Positions 18,826 to 29,188 of a stretch of DNA of 64,000 nt are shown one piece after another; the first letter of the stretch is position 1; the number at the start of each line of letters is the position of its first letter. The notes under the pieces were generated by a model that was not told where the DNA came from, ran no database searches, and saw only the letters and a list, made by a program, of their open reading frames with translations. Location: contig CAWJQQ010000009.1 of assembly GCA_963845065.1 (NCBI GenBank), positions 1,152,001 to 1,216,000 on the forward strand, written 5' to 3'. The position numbers and the translations under genes are program-made. This DNA is from Nitrospirota bacterium (GTDB taxonomy: Bacteria > Nitrospirota > UBA9217).

Positions 18826-19389
18826 TTATTCGGCGATTTGATATGTTAATACGCCAACTGCAGCAGGCTGGTGAGTGGCGAGATAAGCGGCAAAATCGGC
18901 ACAATTGTTATCACCTGGATCAGGAGTGGGAACTGATGGGTCATTTGTAACGTCAAAAAACCAGGCAGTCATGGTGAATTGGCCCAATGGATGATTGCCA
19001 AGCAAAGTGCCACCCATCAACAAATTATATGTTCCGCCTGCTTTGATCCATGGCCATGCGTAGTAACAGCCCCCTGGCTCTTGATCGGACTGAAGTCCAT
19101 ACCAAAATCCTTGTATTGCGTTTGGCGTATTATTCACAACAGTTCCCTGGAAGGTTAATGTTGACAGTGAATCCGAATTTAACGATATTACTCCAGCATC
19201 GAAAGTTGAAGTGGTTGATGTGAGTGAAACAGGAGAATTTATGCATTGTGATTGAGCAGTAATGTTCATGCAACTTATCGCGATAGAACCGGGAGAGGGA
19301 GGATCTACTGGATCGACTGAACTGGAACTATTGCCACATGCTGAAAGCATTAAAGCGATCGCGATTGATATGAATAATTGTTGTTTCAT
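18826..19389 (-). CDS. Prophage moron lipoprotein
   Basis: Lipobox LSAC, SD GGGGAG, opposite orientation at prophage end. Confidence 0.75.
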   Translation of the reverse strand: MKQQLFISIAIALMLSACGNSSSSVDPVDPPSPGSIAISCMNITAQSQCINSPVSLTSTTSTFDAGVISLNSDSLSTLTFQGTVVNNTPNAIQGFWYGLQSDQEPGGCYYAWPWIKAGGTYNLLMGGTLLGNHPLGQFTMTAWFFDVTNDPSVPTPDPGDNNCADFAAYLATHQPAAVGVLTYQIAE

Positions 19390-19532
19390 GATTATCTCCC
19401 CCTATATGATCTTTGCTCATAGTATATCATAGTCATCGTTAAATGACACCTTGACCGATTACCACGGATTGTGCTACATTGTTGCCTGATATTGACTGAA
19501 TTTTCCACTTTTTGTTTAAGGCCATGCTTTAA

Positions 19533-19545
19533 AATCAATAGCTTA
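19533..19545 (+). promoter_or_regulatory. IHF-binding site adjacent to att core
   Basis: AATCAATAGCTTA matches WATCAANNNNTTR exactly. Confidence 0.6.
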
Positions 19546-19560
19546 CTTGCGAGAACACGA

Positions 19561-19605
19561 CTCCGAAGCCAAAGGTCGTGGGTCCGAATCCCGCCGGGCG
19601 CACCA
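19561..19605 (+). other. attR: 3' half of tRNA-Arg(CCG)
   Basis: CTCCGAA anticodon loop, 3' anticodon arm, T-arm (GGTCCGAATCCC) and acceptor 3' strand with CCA; no D-arm or 5' strand upstream. Confidence 0.88.
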
Positions 19606-19738
19606 GATTCAATTCCGAGACTGTATAATCGTTTAATAACGGAGCGATGTCAGAAGGTTTATAACTTTCGGGCCTAGAGGTTTAAGAAGAAAGATTCCCC
19701 TGCGTAACTTTGTTCTTATTGTATTTTAAATTTTCTTG

Positions 19739-19767
19739 TTGCATCCAATGCCAAAGATACGTATAAT
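19739..19767 (+). promoter_or_regulatory. Sigma70 promoter for tRNA-tig operon
   Basis: TTGCAT-N17-TATAAT. Confidence 0.65.
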
Positions 19768-19802
19768 AGAGCCGTTTTGCACGTGGAACTCTCAGTACTT
19801 AC

Positions 19803-19878
<76 letters not shown>

Positions 19879-19967
19879 TAACAAAATCAGGGAGCAGTGG
19901 GTAATGGGCAGGAATCCGTTGAGAGGGATGCTGCACAATGCTCACTGCTTTCTTTTTATCAACCACT

Positions 19968-20050
19968 GCGAGAGTGGCGGAACTGGCAGACGCGCCAGAC
20001 TTAGGATCTGGTGGGTGACCGTGGGGGTTCAAATCCCCCCTCTCGCACCA
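19968..20050 (+). tRNA. tRNA-Leu(TAG)
   Basis: Cloverleaf with variable arm, CCAGA-CTTAGGA-TCTGG, CCA end. Confidence 0.97.
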
Positions 20051-20169
20051 ATATTAGCGTACACTGATAATGCTTGAAGTTCAAAAAAAAAACTTGCAAA
20101 ACATTGTTCGGAAGAAACGATGGATTCCCATTAGACCATAGTTAGACTTTTTAGAGAAGGCGGTAAAAA

Positions 20170-21477
20170 ATGAAATCCGTTATAGAAGATATCACTACGG
20201 TAAAGAAAAAAATCACTATCGAACTTACACCTGATGAAGTAACCAAAGAGTTTGACAAGGCACTAGCAGACGTTGGGAAGAAGGCAAAAATCGCCGGGTT
20301 CCGTCCCGGCAAGGCGCCGAAAAACATTGTCGAGAGACACTATGGTGACGAGGTGAGGAGCGAGGTAGTGCATAGGCTCGTTACCGAATCATATCTGAAG
20401 GCGGTCCAAGAGCATAATTTGAGTCCTGTTGATATGCCCGAGATCGACAATGTATCAACACTAGTCAAAAATTCACCGCTCACCTTCAAGGCCACCGTCG
20501 AAGTCCGACCGGACTTCGAACTCGGCGCTTATGATGGTATTGAAGTGAAGGAATCGACTGTCTCTGTAACCGATGAAGAGGTCAGCCAGACCATAGATCG
20601 CTTACGTGAGATGTATGCCCAGCTTGAGGTTGTTGAAGGCCGGCCGCTCGAGAAAAACGACACGGCAATCATCGATTTCGAGGGATTTAGCGAAGGGAAG
20701 ACCATAGAAGGCGCCAAGGGGGTAGATTATATGCTGTCCTTCGGTTCGAATTCCCTGATCCCCGGTTTCGAAGACCAACTTGTGGGCATGAACCGAAGCG
20801 AAACACGTGAGATCAAAGTCACGTTTCCGACTGATTACACCAACAAGGACTTAGCTGGTAAGGATGCCACCTTTACGGTTACTCTGAAGGAGATCAAAAA
20901 GAAGGTGCTGCCCGATTTGAACGATGATTTCGCGAAAGACATTGGCAACAACGCGACAGTAGCTGAACTCAAAGAGGGAATCAAAAAAGACATAGAATAT
21001 CGGAAGAAAAACGACCAGACCTCTGAACAGCGCGAAGAACTGCTTTCTAAAGTAGTAGATGCCCATACCTTCGACATACCGCCGGGAATGGTTGACCGGG
21101 AACTCCAGTCTATGGCGCGATCCCATGCAACACGCTTGACCCGCCAGGGGATTGACGTGAAGACCTTTGACTTTGCAAAATTTAGCGAAGAGAACAAGCC
21201 GTTGGCGCAAAAGCGTGTAAAGGGCATTTTACTGCTCGATGTGATTGCGGAAAAGGAAAAGGTTGATGTGACTGACCAGGAAGTCACGTCCGCGATCGCG
21301 GTCATGGCCCGAAGCTCCGGACAGACCACTGATGCGGTCAAGAAATATTATGAATCGCTTGACGGAGGACTTGAGAACTTACGGTCCTCGCTTGTGCGGG
21401 AAAAGACTCTCAGTCTCTTGCTTTCACGGGCAAAGAAGAGTTATAATAATACAAAAGAAAAAAATGAGGAGAAATAA
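20170..21477 (+). CDS. tig: Trigger factor
   Basis: GFRPGKAP signature, FKBP domain IPGFEDQL. Confidence 0.97.
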   Translation: MKSVIEDITTVKKKITIELTPDEVTKEFDKALADVGKKAKIAGFRPGKAPKNIVERHYGDEVRSEVVHRLVTESYLKAVQEHNLSPVDMPEIDNVSTLVKNSPLTFKATVEVRPDFELGAYDGIEVKESTVSVTDEEVSQTIDRLREMYAQLEVVEGRPLEKNDTAIIDFEGFSEGKTIEGAKGVDYMLSFGSNSLIPGFEDQLVGMNRSETREIKVTFPTDYTNKDLAGKDATFTVTLKEIKKKVLPDLNDDFAKDIGNNATVAELKEGIKKDIEYRKKNDQTSEQREELLSKVVDAHTFDIPPGMVDRELQSMARSHATRLTRQGIDVKTFDFAKFSEENKPLAQKRVKGILLLDVIAEKEKVDVTDQEVTSAIAVMARSSGQTTDAVKKYYESLDGGLENLRSSLVREKTLSLLLSRAKKSYNNTKEKNEEK

Positions 21478-22082
21478 TGTCATTAATTCCCATTGTTGTT
21501 GAACAGACAAGCCGCGGTGAACGGGCATACGATATCTATTCCCGCCTCCTGAAGGACAGAATCATCTTCCTCGGGACGGCAATCGATGATATAGTTGCAA
21601 ATACTGTGATCGCACAGCTCCTCTTCCTGGAGGCCGATGATCCTGATAAGGACATTTACATTTATATCAATTCACCAGGCGGCATAGTTACCGCAGGCCT
21701 CGCTATCTATGACACCATGAACTACATCAAGTCATCTGTCTCGACCATATGTATCGGACAGGCAGCGAGCATGGGTGCCCTGCTTTTGGCCGCCGGTACA
21801 AAGGGCAAGCGGTTTTCCCTGCCTCACGCGCGCATCATGATTCATCAACCCATGGGCGGTTTTCAAGGGCAAGCTACGGATATCGAAATCCATGCCCGGG
21901 AGATTCTGAACATGAAGGACACCCTTAACAATATCTTGGCGAACCATACCGGCCAGCCGATCGAAAAGATCCGGACCGATACGGATCGTGATTTTTTTAT
22001 GTCCGGCGAGGACGCAAAAACATATGGAATTGTAGATGAGGTTATTTCCAAGAAAGTGTCCCGCGTCGCTAAGGAGAAGTAA
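21477..22082 (+). CDS. clpP: ATP-dependent Clp protease proteolytic subunit
   Basis: [26 protein letters not shown]. Confidence 0.98.
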   Translation: MSLIPIVVEQTSRGERAYDIYSRLLKDRIIFLGTAIDDIVANTVIAQLLFLEADDPDKDIYIYINSPGGIVTAGLAIYDTMNYIKSSVSTICIGQAASMGALLLAAGTKGKRFSLPHARIMIHQPMGGFQGQATDIEIHAREILNMKDTLNNILANHTGQPIEKIRTDTDRDFFMSGEDAKTYGIVDEVISKKVSRVAKEK

Positions 22083-22086
22083 AAGT

Positions 22087-23331
22087 ATGACGGAAAAAAA
22101 AGAACAGCATACTACACCCCTTAAATGCTCGTTTTGCGGCAAGGGGCAGGAAGAAGTGAAAAAGCTCATTGCCGGGCCATCGGTATTCATCTGCAACGAA
22201 TGCGTAGACCTGTGCAACGAAATCATCGCAGAAGAGTGGGAAGAGACAAAAGAGGCGAAGATCCCGCGCCTGCCGAAACCTTCCGAGATCAAACGCTCCC
22301 TCGACGAGTACGTAATCGGACAGGAACGGGCCAAGAAGATCCTGTCCGTGGCCGTGCATAATCATTATAAGCGCATTGGAATTCAGCAGGAGATCGGCGA
22401 TGAGGTGGAGCTGCAGAAAAGTAATATCATGCTGATCGGACCAACGGGAGTCGGCAAGACGCTGCTTGCCCAAACCCTGGCGCGCATTCTTGATGTGCCA
22501 TTCACGATCGCCGATGCCACGACGCTTACTGAGGCGGGTTATGTGGGAGAAGACGTAGAGAACATCATCCTCAAACTTCTCCAGAGCGCAAATTACGATG
22601 TCGAACGAGCCCAGCGCGGGATTGTGTATATCGACGAGATCGATAAAATCAGCCGCAAGTCTGAAAGTCCATCGATCACTCGTGATGTGTCAGGGGAGGG
22701 CGTCCAACAGGCGCTCCTCAAGCTAATCGAAGGGACAGTCGCAAGCGTCCCGCCTCAGGGCGGTCGCAAACATCCCCACCAGGAATTCATCCAGGTGGAC
22801 ACTAAGAACATTCTGTTTATCTGCGGTGGGGCTTTCGTCGGGATCGAATCAATCATCGAGCAGCGGGTTGGCAAGAAAACAATGGGCTTCGGAGCCGATA
22901 TCCAAAGTAAACTGGAGCGGAAATTGAGCGAAATGCTCGCCGTGCTTCAACCAGAAGACCTGTTGAAGTACGGCCTCATCCCGGAATTTATTGGGCGCAT
23001 GCCGGTTGTGGCTACACTCGAAGAACTCGATGAACATGCTCTTATCGATATCCTTACACGGCCCAAGAATGCGTTGACCAAACAGTACATGAAACTGCTC
23101 GCCCTGGAGGGATGCAAGCTGCGCTTTACCGAGGGCGCCATGAATGCGATTGCCAAGAAGGCAATCAACAGGAAGACGGGTGCACGCGGGCTCCGGGCGA
23201 TACTCGAAGACGTGATGCTGAACGTGATGTACGACGTGCCGTCGCAGCCGGGTATCAGAGAGTGCGTAATCAGCGAAGAAGTGATCATTGATGGTGCTGA
23301 ACCCCTGCTCATCTACGAGAAAATAGCGTAG
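22087..23331 (+). CDS. clpX: Clp protease ATP-binding subunit
   Basis: CSFCGK zinc finger, [18 protein letters not shown]; start reassigned to ATG 22087. Confidence 0.98.
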   Translation: MTEKKEQHTTPLKCSFCGKGQEEVKKLIAGPSVFICNECVDLCNEIIAEEWEETKEAKIPRLPKPSEIKRSLDEYVIGQERAKKILSVAVHNHYKRIGIQQEIGDEVELQKSNIMLIGPTGVGKTLLAQTLARILDVPFTIADATTLTEAGYVGEDVENIILKLLQSANYDVERAQRGIVYIDEIDKISRKSESPSITRDVSGEGVQQALLKLIEGTVASVPPQGGRKHPHQEFIQVDTKNILFICGGAFVGIESIIEQRVGKKTMGFGADIQSKLERKLSEMLAVLQPEDLLKYGLIPEFIGRMPVVATLEELDEHALIDILTRPKNALTKQYMKLLALEGCKLRFTEGAMNAIAKKAINRKTGARGLRAILEDVMLNVMYDVPSQPGIRECVISEEVIIDGAEPLLIYEKIA

Positions 23332-23360
23332 CTGTCGGAGAACGGAAAGCGGCCAATAAG

Positions 23361-23400
23361 GAGATGCAGGATTCTAAATTGTAATCTTGCATCTTTTTTT
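23361..23400 (+). terminator. Intrinsic terminator after clpX
   Basis: AGATGCAGGATT...AATCTTGCATCT followed by T-tract. Confidence 0.7.
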
Positions 23401-23414
23401 AGTATTCTGCGTGA

Positions 23415-23450
23415 GAACCCCCACATGCATTAGCTATGGGGATATGTCAA
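23415..23450 (+). mobile_element. Solo IS200/IS605 right-end relic
   Basis: GAAC-CCCC...TAGCTATGGGG-ATATG-TCAA, similar to the IS608-type right end and to 49131-49163. Confidence 0.6.
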
Positions 23451-23487
23451 TCTTGATTCTGGCCACTGACTTTCAACTTTCAAACCC

Positions 23488-24114
23488 ATGAAAATATTTT
23501 CCGCCGAATTTGTCGTCAGTGCGCCGGGGCCAGAGCAGTTTCCGAAAGATGGGAAACCGCAGATAGCTATTGCCGGCCGCTCAAACGTTGGAAAATCCTC
23601 GATCCTCAACGCGTTGCTTCACCGCAAAAACCTCGTGAAGACAAGTAGAACGCCGGGCAAGACCCAGCTCATAAATTTTTTCATCATTAACGATTCATTT
23701 TATTTTGTTGACCTTCCCGGCTACGGGTATGCGCGCGTCCCGCAAGCGGTCACCGACGCGTGGGCACCCATGATCGAAGGTTATTTGAAAAACTCCCCTC
23801 GACTGGCCGCCGTCATAGTGCTTCTCGATAGTAGGCGAACGCCAGATGCACGCGACATTCGACTTATCGAATGGTTGCGGCAGTATGACTTCCCGGCAAT
23901 ATATGCGTTGACCAAGTCAGACAAGCTGAACCGGCAGGAGATGGAGCGGGCGGGGAGGGCTGTTAGCGCCGAACTGGACCTCTCAAGGCCGTTGCTTCTA
24001 ACATCCGCAAAAAGCGGACTCGGCATGAAGGAACTTTGGGAAGAGATCAATAGCGTGATGTTGAAGAAACGAACCGGAGAAGCGGTGGAAAAGACACGGG
24101 AAAAAAGTTCTTGA
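23488..24114 (+). CDS. engB: Ribosome biogenesis GTPase EngB/YsxC
   Basis: GRSNVGKSS, PGKTQ, DLPGYGYA, TKSD. Confidence 0.96.
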   Translation: MKIFSAEFVVSAPGPEQFPKDGKPQIAIAGRSNVGKSSILNALLHRKNLVKTSRTPGKTQLINFFIINDSFYFVDLPGYGYARVPQAVTDAWAPMIEGYLKNSPRLAAVIVLLDSRRTPDARDIRLIEWLRQYDFPAIYALTKSDKLNRQEMERAGRAVSAELDLSRPLLLTSAKSGLGMKELWEEINSVMLKKRTGEAVEKTREKSS

Positions 24115-24207
24115 GGAATTGCCAGTCCGTTGCGCCATTCGCGGTAAACCTGAACCCGTTAGATCACATCTTGTCCGTTGTTACGACTCCGCTCAAGGGA
24201 GCTTTCC

Positions 24208-25737
24208 ATGGAAATCGTAAATGACCTCACTGCATCCCTCTTGTGGGCTTTGGTCCTCAGCTTGCTCATTTATGTCAGCAGCCACATCGCCATAGGATTT
24301 CTTTCGAAGAAGTCTGCCCTGCTAAAACCTATAGGAACGGGTCTCAAACTCATAGCGCTTTTCCTGTCAATCCAGATATTCCTGCATCTAGGGGCTGCTG
24401 AGGCCCATCCAACACTTTCCCTCCAAATGAATTTTGTCTCCTGGCTGGTGTTTACCTTTGCAGCACTCCGGCTCGGGCTGTACATCTACGGCGACCTTTT
24501 CGTGGTCCGCTGGAAACGTGGGAGTTTTCCTGGCGCGTTCAAGAATATCATCACCGCGTTAATTATCGTGGTTGTGGCCCTAATACTGCTCAAAGAAATT
24601 CTGAACATCAACGTCACCTCGCTCATCGCGACGACCACCGTATTGACCGCGACAATCGGTTTGGCGTTTCAGAGCACGCTGGCTAATATGCTGGCGGGAC
24701 TTACAATTCATCTCGAAAAGTCTCTCAAGCAAGGCGACTGGATTTCGGTTGGTGGCCATGAAGGCCGCGTCATGGACATATCGCTCCGCTCTTCGCGGAT
24801 CATAACCATCGAGCACAACGAAGTGTTCATCCCGAACAGCAAAGTGCTTAGCGAAGCGGTGGTTAATTACAGTTTACCGAATACGCTTCAGACCAGAAAG
24901 CTGAATGTCGGCGTGCAGTACGCTGTCCCACCGAACAAAGTAAACAAAGTTATTCGGGATGTTCTGATGGATGTGCAGGGCGTGAGCAAACGGCCTGAGC
25001 CAATCATCCGGGTTATAAACTACGGAGATTTCTCGGTCCACTACGAGATCAGGTATACTATCAGCGATTTTTCACAGTATGTCGAAATCGAGGCTGAGAT
25101 CATGAACCTACTCTGGTATCGGTTTAAGCGAGCCGGAATAAAAATTCCCGTGCCGATCAGGGACGTGCGTCTCACGCAAGTCACTCCGGAAAGTGCGCTG
25201 GCCGACAGAGAAAGGCAGGCTGGTGAAATCCTGATGCTGATGGAAAAGGTGGAAATGCTTACTGCTCTCTCAAAGCAGGAGCTTAAAAACCTTGTGAAGC
25301 AGGTAAGGACTGAGACTTATTCAGTCGGCGAGGTACCCGTGCGTCAAGGCGATCAAGGCGATTCGTTCTATATTATTAAAAGCGGCAGGGTGGACGTAGT
25401 TGTGGAAAAATCTCCCGGGGAAAAAGCGGTCGTAGCTACGATTGGACCGGGAAATTTTTTCGGAGAAATGAGCCTGCTAACCGGCGCCGTCCGTACTGCC
25501 AGCATTCACGTGAAAAGTGATGCCGAATTCATCGTCATTGACAAAGACAGTTTTGGCTCCACGCTCATTAATAATCCTTCCATAGCTGAATCTCTCAGCC
25601 ACATTCTTTCAGAACGCCAGGCCGGTCTCGATGCAGAGCGCGAACGGCTCGACGCATTTGCGCTTGAACGGCGAAAGAAAGACGTTTCGGGGAAGATGCT
25701 CTCTAAAATCAAGGAATTCTTCGGCCTGGTAAAATAG
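24208..25737 (+). CDS. MscS-family channel with C-terminal cyclic-nucleotide-binding domain
   Basis: IGLAFQ.TL.N..AG, GDWI, IPNS MscS motifs; GNFFGEMSLL.G..RTAS cNMP motif. Confidence 0.92.
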   Translation: MEIVNDLTASLLWALVLSLLIYVSSHIAIGFLSKKSALLKPIGTGLKLIALFLSIQIFLHLGAAEAHPTLSLQMNFVSWLVFTFAALRLGLYIYGDLFVVRWKRGSFPGAFKNIITALIIVVVALILLKEILNINVTSLIATTTVLTATIGLAFQSTLANMLAGLTIHLEKSLKQGDWISVGGHEGRVMDISLRSSRIITIEHNEVFIPNSKVLSEAVVNYSLPNTLQTRKLNVGVQYAVPPNKVNKVIRDVLMDVQGVSKRPEPIIRVINYGDFSVHYEIRYTISDFSQYVEIEAEIMNLLWYRFKRAGIKIPVPIRDVRLTQVTPESALADRERQAGEILMLMEKVEMLTALSKQELKNLVKQVRTETYSVGEVPVRQGDQGDSFYIIKSGRVDVVVEKSPGEKAVVATIGPGNFFGEMSLLTGAVRTASIHVKSDAEFIVIDKDSFGSTLINNPSIAESLSHILSERQAGLDAERERLDAFALERRKKDVSGKMLSKIKEFFGLVK

Positions 25738-26184
25738 TATCGTACGGATGCTAGACAAAGGCAATCTTCTTCAGTTTCCCTTAAACAGTATGGAAACGTG
25801 GTCGATCCAAGAAAATCTAATTTCATACGTTGTCATCTCAGTGATCGATGTGTAATGTCTATGGAGCAATACCAATTTCAATATCAATCGAGATGACACG
25901 TTCTCTGTCTTAATGATTCTCCATCCATGGTTTTATATGTTTACATGAATTAATGGCAATCAATCTGTAAACGAAACTTGCTTTCTTGACTTTTACCAGA
26001 TCAGCGAAAGAGTTTAGTGTCGTGCAGTAATCTGCACCGCGTGAGTTTAATTTATACGCCGCATGATGAGTAGGGATTTTTATGGTATAATCGTTCTGTT
26101 TGAATCTTATTCAACCTTCCAATCTCAGGTCGCGTAATCAGACATATAATTGCGTATTAAAACATAAATATTGCAAATAGTGTA

Positions 26185-26217
26185 GTTGGAAAACCAACAG
26201 TTTGTTGGATAACCAGC
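26185..26217. promoter_or_regulatory. Tandem palindromes, candidate enhancer-binding-protein sites
   Basis: GTTGG-AAAA-CCAAC and GTTGG-ATAA-CCAGC about 90-120 bp upstream of the sigma54 box. Confidence 0.55.
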
Positions 26218-26305
26218 GCCATTTTTGAGCGAATACTCGCAGAGTTAGTATTTTAAAGAGTTGTATTTATTGATAACTATTTGTTATTTAAATGTATTCA
26301 GTTAA

Positions 26306-26321
26306 TGGCATCTTTGTTGCT
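26306..26321 (+). promoter_or_regulatory. Sigma54 -24/-12 promoter
   Basis: TGGCATCTTTGTTGCT matches TGGCAC-N5-TTGC spacing. Confidence 0.65.
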
Positions 26322-26616
26322 ATCATACACATGTTCAGAAAATAGAAATATTTATTTGCAATTATCTGTAATGAACTGTATTGTTAGGCTTTTTTATAAA
26401 TAATAGTAACTCGTGCCATTTTGTAGGGATGTAATCACAATGATACGCACATTGCTAGAGAGAATTCAGCAGAATATTAATGCCTGACATATTATCATCA
26501 AGAATTCAAACATATCAAAAACGGAAAAGGAGGGAAAATTTATTGTAACTACAGGTTGTACTTTTTAGCAGCTGTTATTTTGTGACATTTCAATAATAAA
26601 ACAAGGAGGAAACAGA

Positions 26617-29016
26617 ATGAAAACGCAGTCTTTCTCGAAGTTGTTCTTGTATGTAGCATTATGCTGCACACTGATTTTTGCATTCGGTCTCATGGCCGGC
26701 TGTAAAGGCAGCGCTGGCGACACCGGTGCTGCTGGCGCAACTGGCGCAACCGGCGCAACCGGCGCAACCGGCGCAACCGGACCAGCTGGCCCAGCCGGAG
26801 CAGCAGCGAACGCTTTCGGTACGCACGACCTTCTGCAAGGCAAAGTGGATGCGACCATATCGAACATTGCCGTTCAGAATGTTGGCGGATTTCCGGTGGT
26901 TTCTTTCCATGTCGCAACAGCAGCCGGTCCGTACACAACTCTTACGTCAACCAATATGGAATTCAAGATTGCTGACTTGATTCCCGCCGGCACCGTCACG
27001 GCGGTTACTGGTAGCGCTTATTCTACCGATTACTTCGAGACGTGGACATCAGAGTTAGCGGGGCTGCAGACAGCAGCCTCAGGTACATACACATACCCGT
27101 TAAACGCCAACATTATCACAACAGATGCCGCAAACGGGAATTACAGCTATACATTTTCAGTGGCGTACGGCAGCGCGTTTCCAGGATACAACAACGCGGA
27201 CTATAAGGCGACGAATAGTAAGCGCGTTTTGGTCAAGATCACTGGCTCTGCCGTTATCAATAACACTGTAGGCTTCCTGGATTTTGCGAGTGCGCCCGCT
27301 TCGGGTGCGACCGCGTCGGCGATTCCTTCCCAGCGCCAGTTCGTGACTATCCAGGCCTGCCAGCAGTGCCACACCAAGTATATGGACAACGCGGCACATG
27401 CCAGTAGTTACCTTGACACGCGTGCCTGCGACCTCTGCCATAGCCCCTTGTATGGATCGCTCCCGAGGCATGCCGTGGGATTCATGGATACGGCCAACGC
27501 CATTTTGCCGGTGTTCATTCACCAGATCCATTTTTCAGTTCCCAACCCGACTGGCCCGAGCGTCGTATTCCCCGTCACCTTCCCCGGGAACATGGAGAAC
27601 TGCGTCACCTGTCATACCAACAGCGGTCTGAATCTCGGCACGGGCGATAAGATCAGTAACTGGAACACCAATCCGACTCGCCGTGTATGCGCCAGCTGCC
27701 ATATCACTGCTAACTTTACGACGGGCGCCACATTTACCAAACTTGATGGCAGCAGTTTTGCCCACTCTATACAAAGCGATGATTCACATTGCAGTATTTG
27801 CCATACGGCCAATGGTGGACCTTCTCCAGACGTTATTACCGTTCACAGCACCACGTTGCCGGCGTTTGTCGCACCAGCGACCGGAATTGTAGCGACGCTT
27901 CCTACGGCGGATACTCCGGAATATAACATCGCTATCTCCTTGAGTTCCCCGGCTAACGGCAATTATTTTGTCACAGGTGAAACACCGACCGTCACAATCA
28001 CTCTGACCAACCCTGATGGCAGCGCTGTGCCGGCTGGCCTCACTGCAGCCCCCGGTCATCAAGTAGGAAACTACGACCCCAACAGCCTGTCCGTAGCCAA
28101 CTTGTATGTCTATGGTCCCCGCCCCTCGCCCAGGCCGACCTTCCTTCCCTTGGGCAAGAAGTCGATACCCCTGCTGGGCTCCTATTATTCCGCGAGCAGG
28201 TCGTTGTGTACTACTACAACCGCTACGACAAACAATACTAATATTAACATAACGCCAACGGCAACGGGCTGGACCTATAGGTTGCAGCCTGTTACAGCAG
28301 GCGCATTGCCGGGCACCTACTTTGTCCGTGTCTATCTCGGCAATACTTACGCCTCTACATTGGCTTCTGGTTGCGGCACCGTTGCTGACCAGATCGTTTC
28401 CGTCGGTATAACACAGTTCCAGGTTGGCACCGCAACCGTGGACAAGAGGATTGCCGGCAACCCCGACGGTACCAGCCCTTGTCTGAATTGCCATGGCAGC
28501 CAGGTGATGCACCGCGATGATCATCAGTCGCCGTTCGATCCCGATCACTGTAACGGCTGCCATTACATAGGCGCCTACGGTAACACCGCCACCAACGGTT
28601 TAAGCTCCGGCGGCGATCCTATTTCTAACCGCGTCCATGCGGTTCATTCCGCCTCAGCCACCGGCGACATCAGTGTCATTGACTGGTCGGTACCGAATTC
28701 GTGGAACGTGTTAGTGGGGAACCCGACTATAACGAGCTTCGCGACGTCTACCATAACCTATCCGCAGCAATTGCGGTGTGAAACCTGCCATGCGTCAGGC
28801 AATACTTCGTTTGAGAACAATCTCTATGAAGTCCCCTGCTATGGCTGTCATTCCGATATACCTGGGGCAGATGAACATATGAATACGATGGGTGGTAGTA
28901 TCACTTCAATCGTATCCGTTTCGACGAGTTCAATAACAGCACCTGAGTCTTGTATCGTTTGCCACACCCCAGGCGAGGATGTTAGTATTTCCGATTCCGG
29001 TCAGACCGACCATTAA
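26617..29016 (+). CDS. Decaheme c-type cytochrome lipoprotein, OmcA/MtrC-like, with collagen-like linker
   Basis: Lipobox MAGC; (Gxx)n linker; 10 CxxCH in two blocks of 5 separated by a beta-rich domain. Confidence 0.88.
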   Translation: MKTQSFSKLFLYVALCCTLIFAFGLMAGCKGSAGDTGAAGATGATGATGATGATGPAGPAGAAANAFGTHDLLQGKVDATISNIAVQNVGGFPVVSFHVATAAGPYTTLTSTNMEFKIADLIPAGTVTAVTGSAYSTDYFETWTSELAGLQTAASGTYTYPLNANIITTDAANGNYSYTFSVAYGSAFPGYNNADYKATNSKRVLVKITGSAVINNTVGFLDFASAPASGATASAIPSQRQFVTIQACQQCHTKYMDNAAHASSYLDTRACDLCHSPLYGSLPRHAVGFMDTANAILPVFIHQIHFSVPNPTGPSVVFPVTFPGNMENCVTCHTNSGLNLGTGDKISNWNTNPTRRVCASCHITANFTTGATFTKLDGSSFAHSIQSDDSHCSICHTANGGPSPDVITVHSTTLPAFVAPATGIVATLPTADTPEYNIAISLSSPANGNYFVTGETPTVTITLTNPDGSAVPAGLTAAPGHQVGNYDPNSLSVANLYVYGPRPSPRPTFLPLGKKSIPLLGSYYSASRSLCTTTTATTNNTNINITPTATGWTYRLQPVTAGALPGTYFVRVYLGNTYASTLASGCGTVADQIVSVGITQFQVGTATVDKRIAGNPDGTSPCLNCHGSQVMHRDDHQSPFDPDHCNGCHYIGAYGNTATNGLSSGGDPISNRVHAVHSASATGDISVIDWSVPNSWNVLVGNPTITSFATSTITYPQQLRCETCHASGNTSFENNLYEVPCYGCHSDIPGADEHMNTMGGSITSIVSVSTSSITAPESCIVCHTPGEDVSISDSGQTDH
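26734..26778 (+). repeat. 9-bp tandem repeat (GGCGCAAC[C/T] x5) encoding GAT collagen triplets
   Basis: Directly visible. Confidence 0.95.
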
Positions 29017-29063
29017 CCTCGTTACTTTTGAAATTGTAGTCTGAAATTCAGAGACAGTTTCGC

Positions 29064-29092
29064 AGGGCGGACCGCAAGGTCCGCCCTTTCTT
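29064..29092 (+). terminator. Intrinsic terminator
   Basis: AGGGCGGACC-GCAA-GGTCCGCCCT-TTCTT. Confidence 0.85.
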
Positions 29093-29188
29093 ATGTGTTG
29101 AGCATATTTACAAACAAACGAAAAATCGTAATGGGTCTGGCGTATTGACTTGTATGAAAATGTTTTTGTTATTTTTTAGGAGAATGAA

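Larger units (their letters stand above)
1..19605 (+). mobile_element. Prophage, right arm (head, neck, lysis, non-contractile tail modules); left part outside window
   Basis: Contiguous co-oriented phage structural genes with coupled starts/stops, ending at a duplicated tRNA 3' half (attR). No tail sheath gene seen. Confidence 0.95.

Noticed and set aside
13272..19389. DGR acting on the phage tail fibre
   Set aside because: No reverse transcriptase and no adenine-divergent template repeat seen nearby; the 30-bp repeats are simple tandem copies.
19540..19605. Complete tRNA-Arg gene
   Set aside because: No D-arm or 5' acceptor strand; treated as att relic.
25831..25898. Inverted repeat TGTCATCTC...GAGATGACA
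   Set aside because: Only 9 bp arms with a 50-bp spacer and no second copy; could be chance or a terminator remnant.
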